From the NCBI RefSeq assembly GCF_008065095.1, contig NZ_CP042911.1, positions 4,380,001 through 4,412,000 on the forward strand: a stretch of 32,000 bases of DNA, read 5' to 3'. The notes beneath the pieces were generated by a model, which searched no databases, was not told the DNA's origin, and saw only the letters and a list, made by a program, of their open reading frames with translations. This document shows, piece after piece, positions 31,501 to 32,000 of the stretch. Both the position numbers and the translations under genes were made by a program. The first letter of the stretch is position 1, and each line of letters opens with the position of its first letter. The DNA comes from Gemmata obscuriglobus (GTDB lineage Bacteria; Planctomycetota; Planctomycetia; Gemmatales; Gemmataceae).

Positions 31501-32000
31501 CTCGACGAGGACGCGCCCCCGCAGGCCGAGTCGTTCGCCGAGCGGGCGGCGGAGCAGGGGCTCGAATGGGCCGTGTTCGGGTGGCAGCCGGCGCGGACCC
31601 GGTCCGGGGGCGTGAAGGCCGTCGGTACCGCGGAGCATCAGGGGCAGGTTCTTTATGGGGACAGGGCCCGGGCCGCGCTCGAGCGCCAGGCCGGCGTCGG
31701 CCGCCGGGCCACGGCCCCGCGGACCCTGACGTTCGAGACCGTCGGCCCGCGCGGGGGCGTGAAGCGCACGGTCGAGCGCGGCGTGAGCCCGGAGCGGGCG
31801 CGCGAGGTGGTCGCCCAGCAGGCCCGCCGCGACGCCCAGGACGGCCCCGCGGACCCGCGTGCCCCGCGGCTCGTGAAGATCAACCGGACCCGGATCCGCA
31901 AGGCCGTCACCGCGCAGGCCGCCGAACTCGCCCCGGCCGCCGCCCGGGCGGGGAGCGATCCCGCCGCGGCCGCGAAGGTGGCCGACGCCGGGAAGCAGGC
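28594..32000 (+). CDS. phage portal-like protein (Mu gp29 / DUF935-like N-terminal ~450 aa) fused to a long C-terminal extension; 3' end beyond the window
   Basis: I checked the frame codon by codon. GTG 28594 is the first start after the TAG at 28543, and there is no stop through 31998 (more than 1134 codons) with high GC3. It is not in the ORF track because it has no stop. The block AYRPAYGAWWMLDTVDKLRVIHHEKRMAGMLMGTYQSDDDKPALEDALRKAKSATWIAVPEGVRIEAINL resembles portal families from memory. Confidence 0.6.
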   Translation, partial: MPSVLSRLASLFPAYRRTYAPAVATPEERAARVIAAAKAQIEQSRRRPRPSSDEKVPVNYSGGIAGKVWFHPYLDSGTRDTPEIRAAMRLMRRSPWVATAWEPAILTVAAEDWQVQASEPGNPESEEQADAFKAMIEDYLAGGIISVVRAVCAPLGSEGHSLAEPVWNPGRQGKLAKHIVCTKLSAKDTDDTCGDVRLGGDTFGNVKWVQARRAPEQPAYPIEDFVFSRYMTVFDEPLGLAAYRPAYGAWWMLDTVDKLRVIHHEKRMAGMLMGTYQSDDDKPALEDALRKAKSATWIAVPEGVRIEAINLSAASEPDYKSFAESKRDEVVSGITFATLQSLVSAAPELRGDSKVQKSIADLVPWLLMALVTDAVNKQLAPKFVDFNYPYPAGGAYPKLTFGAASNQELLELLQVVQGAQAIGFTGPNALSKKHYAKAFSLQLADPNDPDDALQLPGPSADPMGGMGMGGMGGMGGGFPPGPSMGGDPAMLPPGDPSAGGGAAVPFAEQRVHVFGWDDWKQTNTPAGPRMVSASGKRSLTLESFQRLSSRTRAGGALPKARGAGPAPVRAPAPPQAPAAPEPPAAPKPPASPVAPAAPTPASVAPAPTTARGALAARRAAAAAGRGAKAAARTAGDAAALGLAGGSSTVQGAGWAAEKLGQAIRRVPLLDSVGAPLERFGKALKDEARSIAIQAMIRGQKGAATRKAVKRVLKAAAPDFYRNYKIHGLGKALVMEAGTLALSFTLGTAAVGGALALAGLAGAPGVAGLAVGTVAGKGLTATALLGAGAKTYLSGAVSGIIRKAVQAPFYGRWNNLRGTRGAGTAVRKADAAMEARRAQDLGTNTGGLLSRAKRALLLKTRGPKAVARAEARAKLKAARAGMVAGPSAAVGAARNANNRAGGRDFYRGPGQASQRKFFAEAAGDDPLGFVVAFREQAERAIGRPVDLTDEQLAALLADLLEYLDEATAAALDEDAPPQAESFAERAAEQGLEWAVFGWQPARTRSGGVKAVGTAEHQGQVLYGDRARAALERQAGVGRRATAPRTLTFETVGPRGGVKRTVERGVSPERAREVVAQQARRDAQDGPADPRAPRLVKINRTRIRKAVTAQAAELAPAAARAGSDPAAAAKVADAGKQ

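Noticed and set aside
27928-31638. A 1236-aa minus-strand ORF.
   Set aside because: It is the antisense shadow of the plus-strand portal-like gene, with R/G/L/P-rich nonsense composition. The plus frame has the coherent sequence and high GC3.

Overview
High-GC DNA (roughly two-thirds G+C by eye), probably from a planctomycete of the Gemmata type. That origin is an inference from protein motifs recalled from memory. Positions 1-27514 are one continuous integron-type gene-cassette array read on the minus strand. It holds 45 complete attC-like sites, mostly 90-92 bp GCCGAAC...GTTCGGC imperfect palindromes with two bulged bases on one arm, plus a lone R' half-site at 27508-27514. These delimit 46 cassettes, and the array runs off the left edge of the window. 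Thirty cassettes carry short minus-strand ORFs whose starts lie about 14-25 nt after the attC core (up to about 60 nt where an internal start is preferred) and whose stops lie at or inside the next attC. These ORFs include five SMI1/KNR4 (SUKH) immunity-like genes, TPR and HEAT proteins, an alpha/beta hydrolase, and small secreted or membrane proteins. Fifteen cassettes plus one fragment belong to a single ORF-less paralogous family built from ~100-nt tandem units with strong strand asymmetry. This family is the most unusual content of the window. Two cassettes are duplicated exactly, with breakpoints at the attC cores. Two IS elements interrupt the array: an IS4/ISH3-like element inside an attC core and an ISAs1-family element inside an ORF-less cassette. 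At the right end the array meets an attI-like junction with three GTTATTG-containing direct repeats, but no integrase gene follows. Instead 28027-32000 holds a coiled-coil protein gene and a portal-like ORF of more than 1135 codons that is open to the window end. No rRNA, tRNA or CRISPR was found. All coordinates and alignments were worked out by hand from the sequence.
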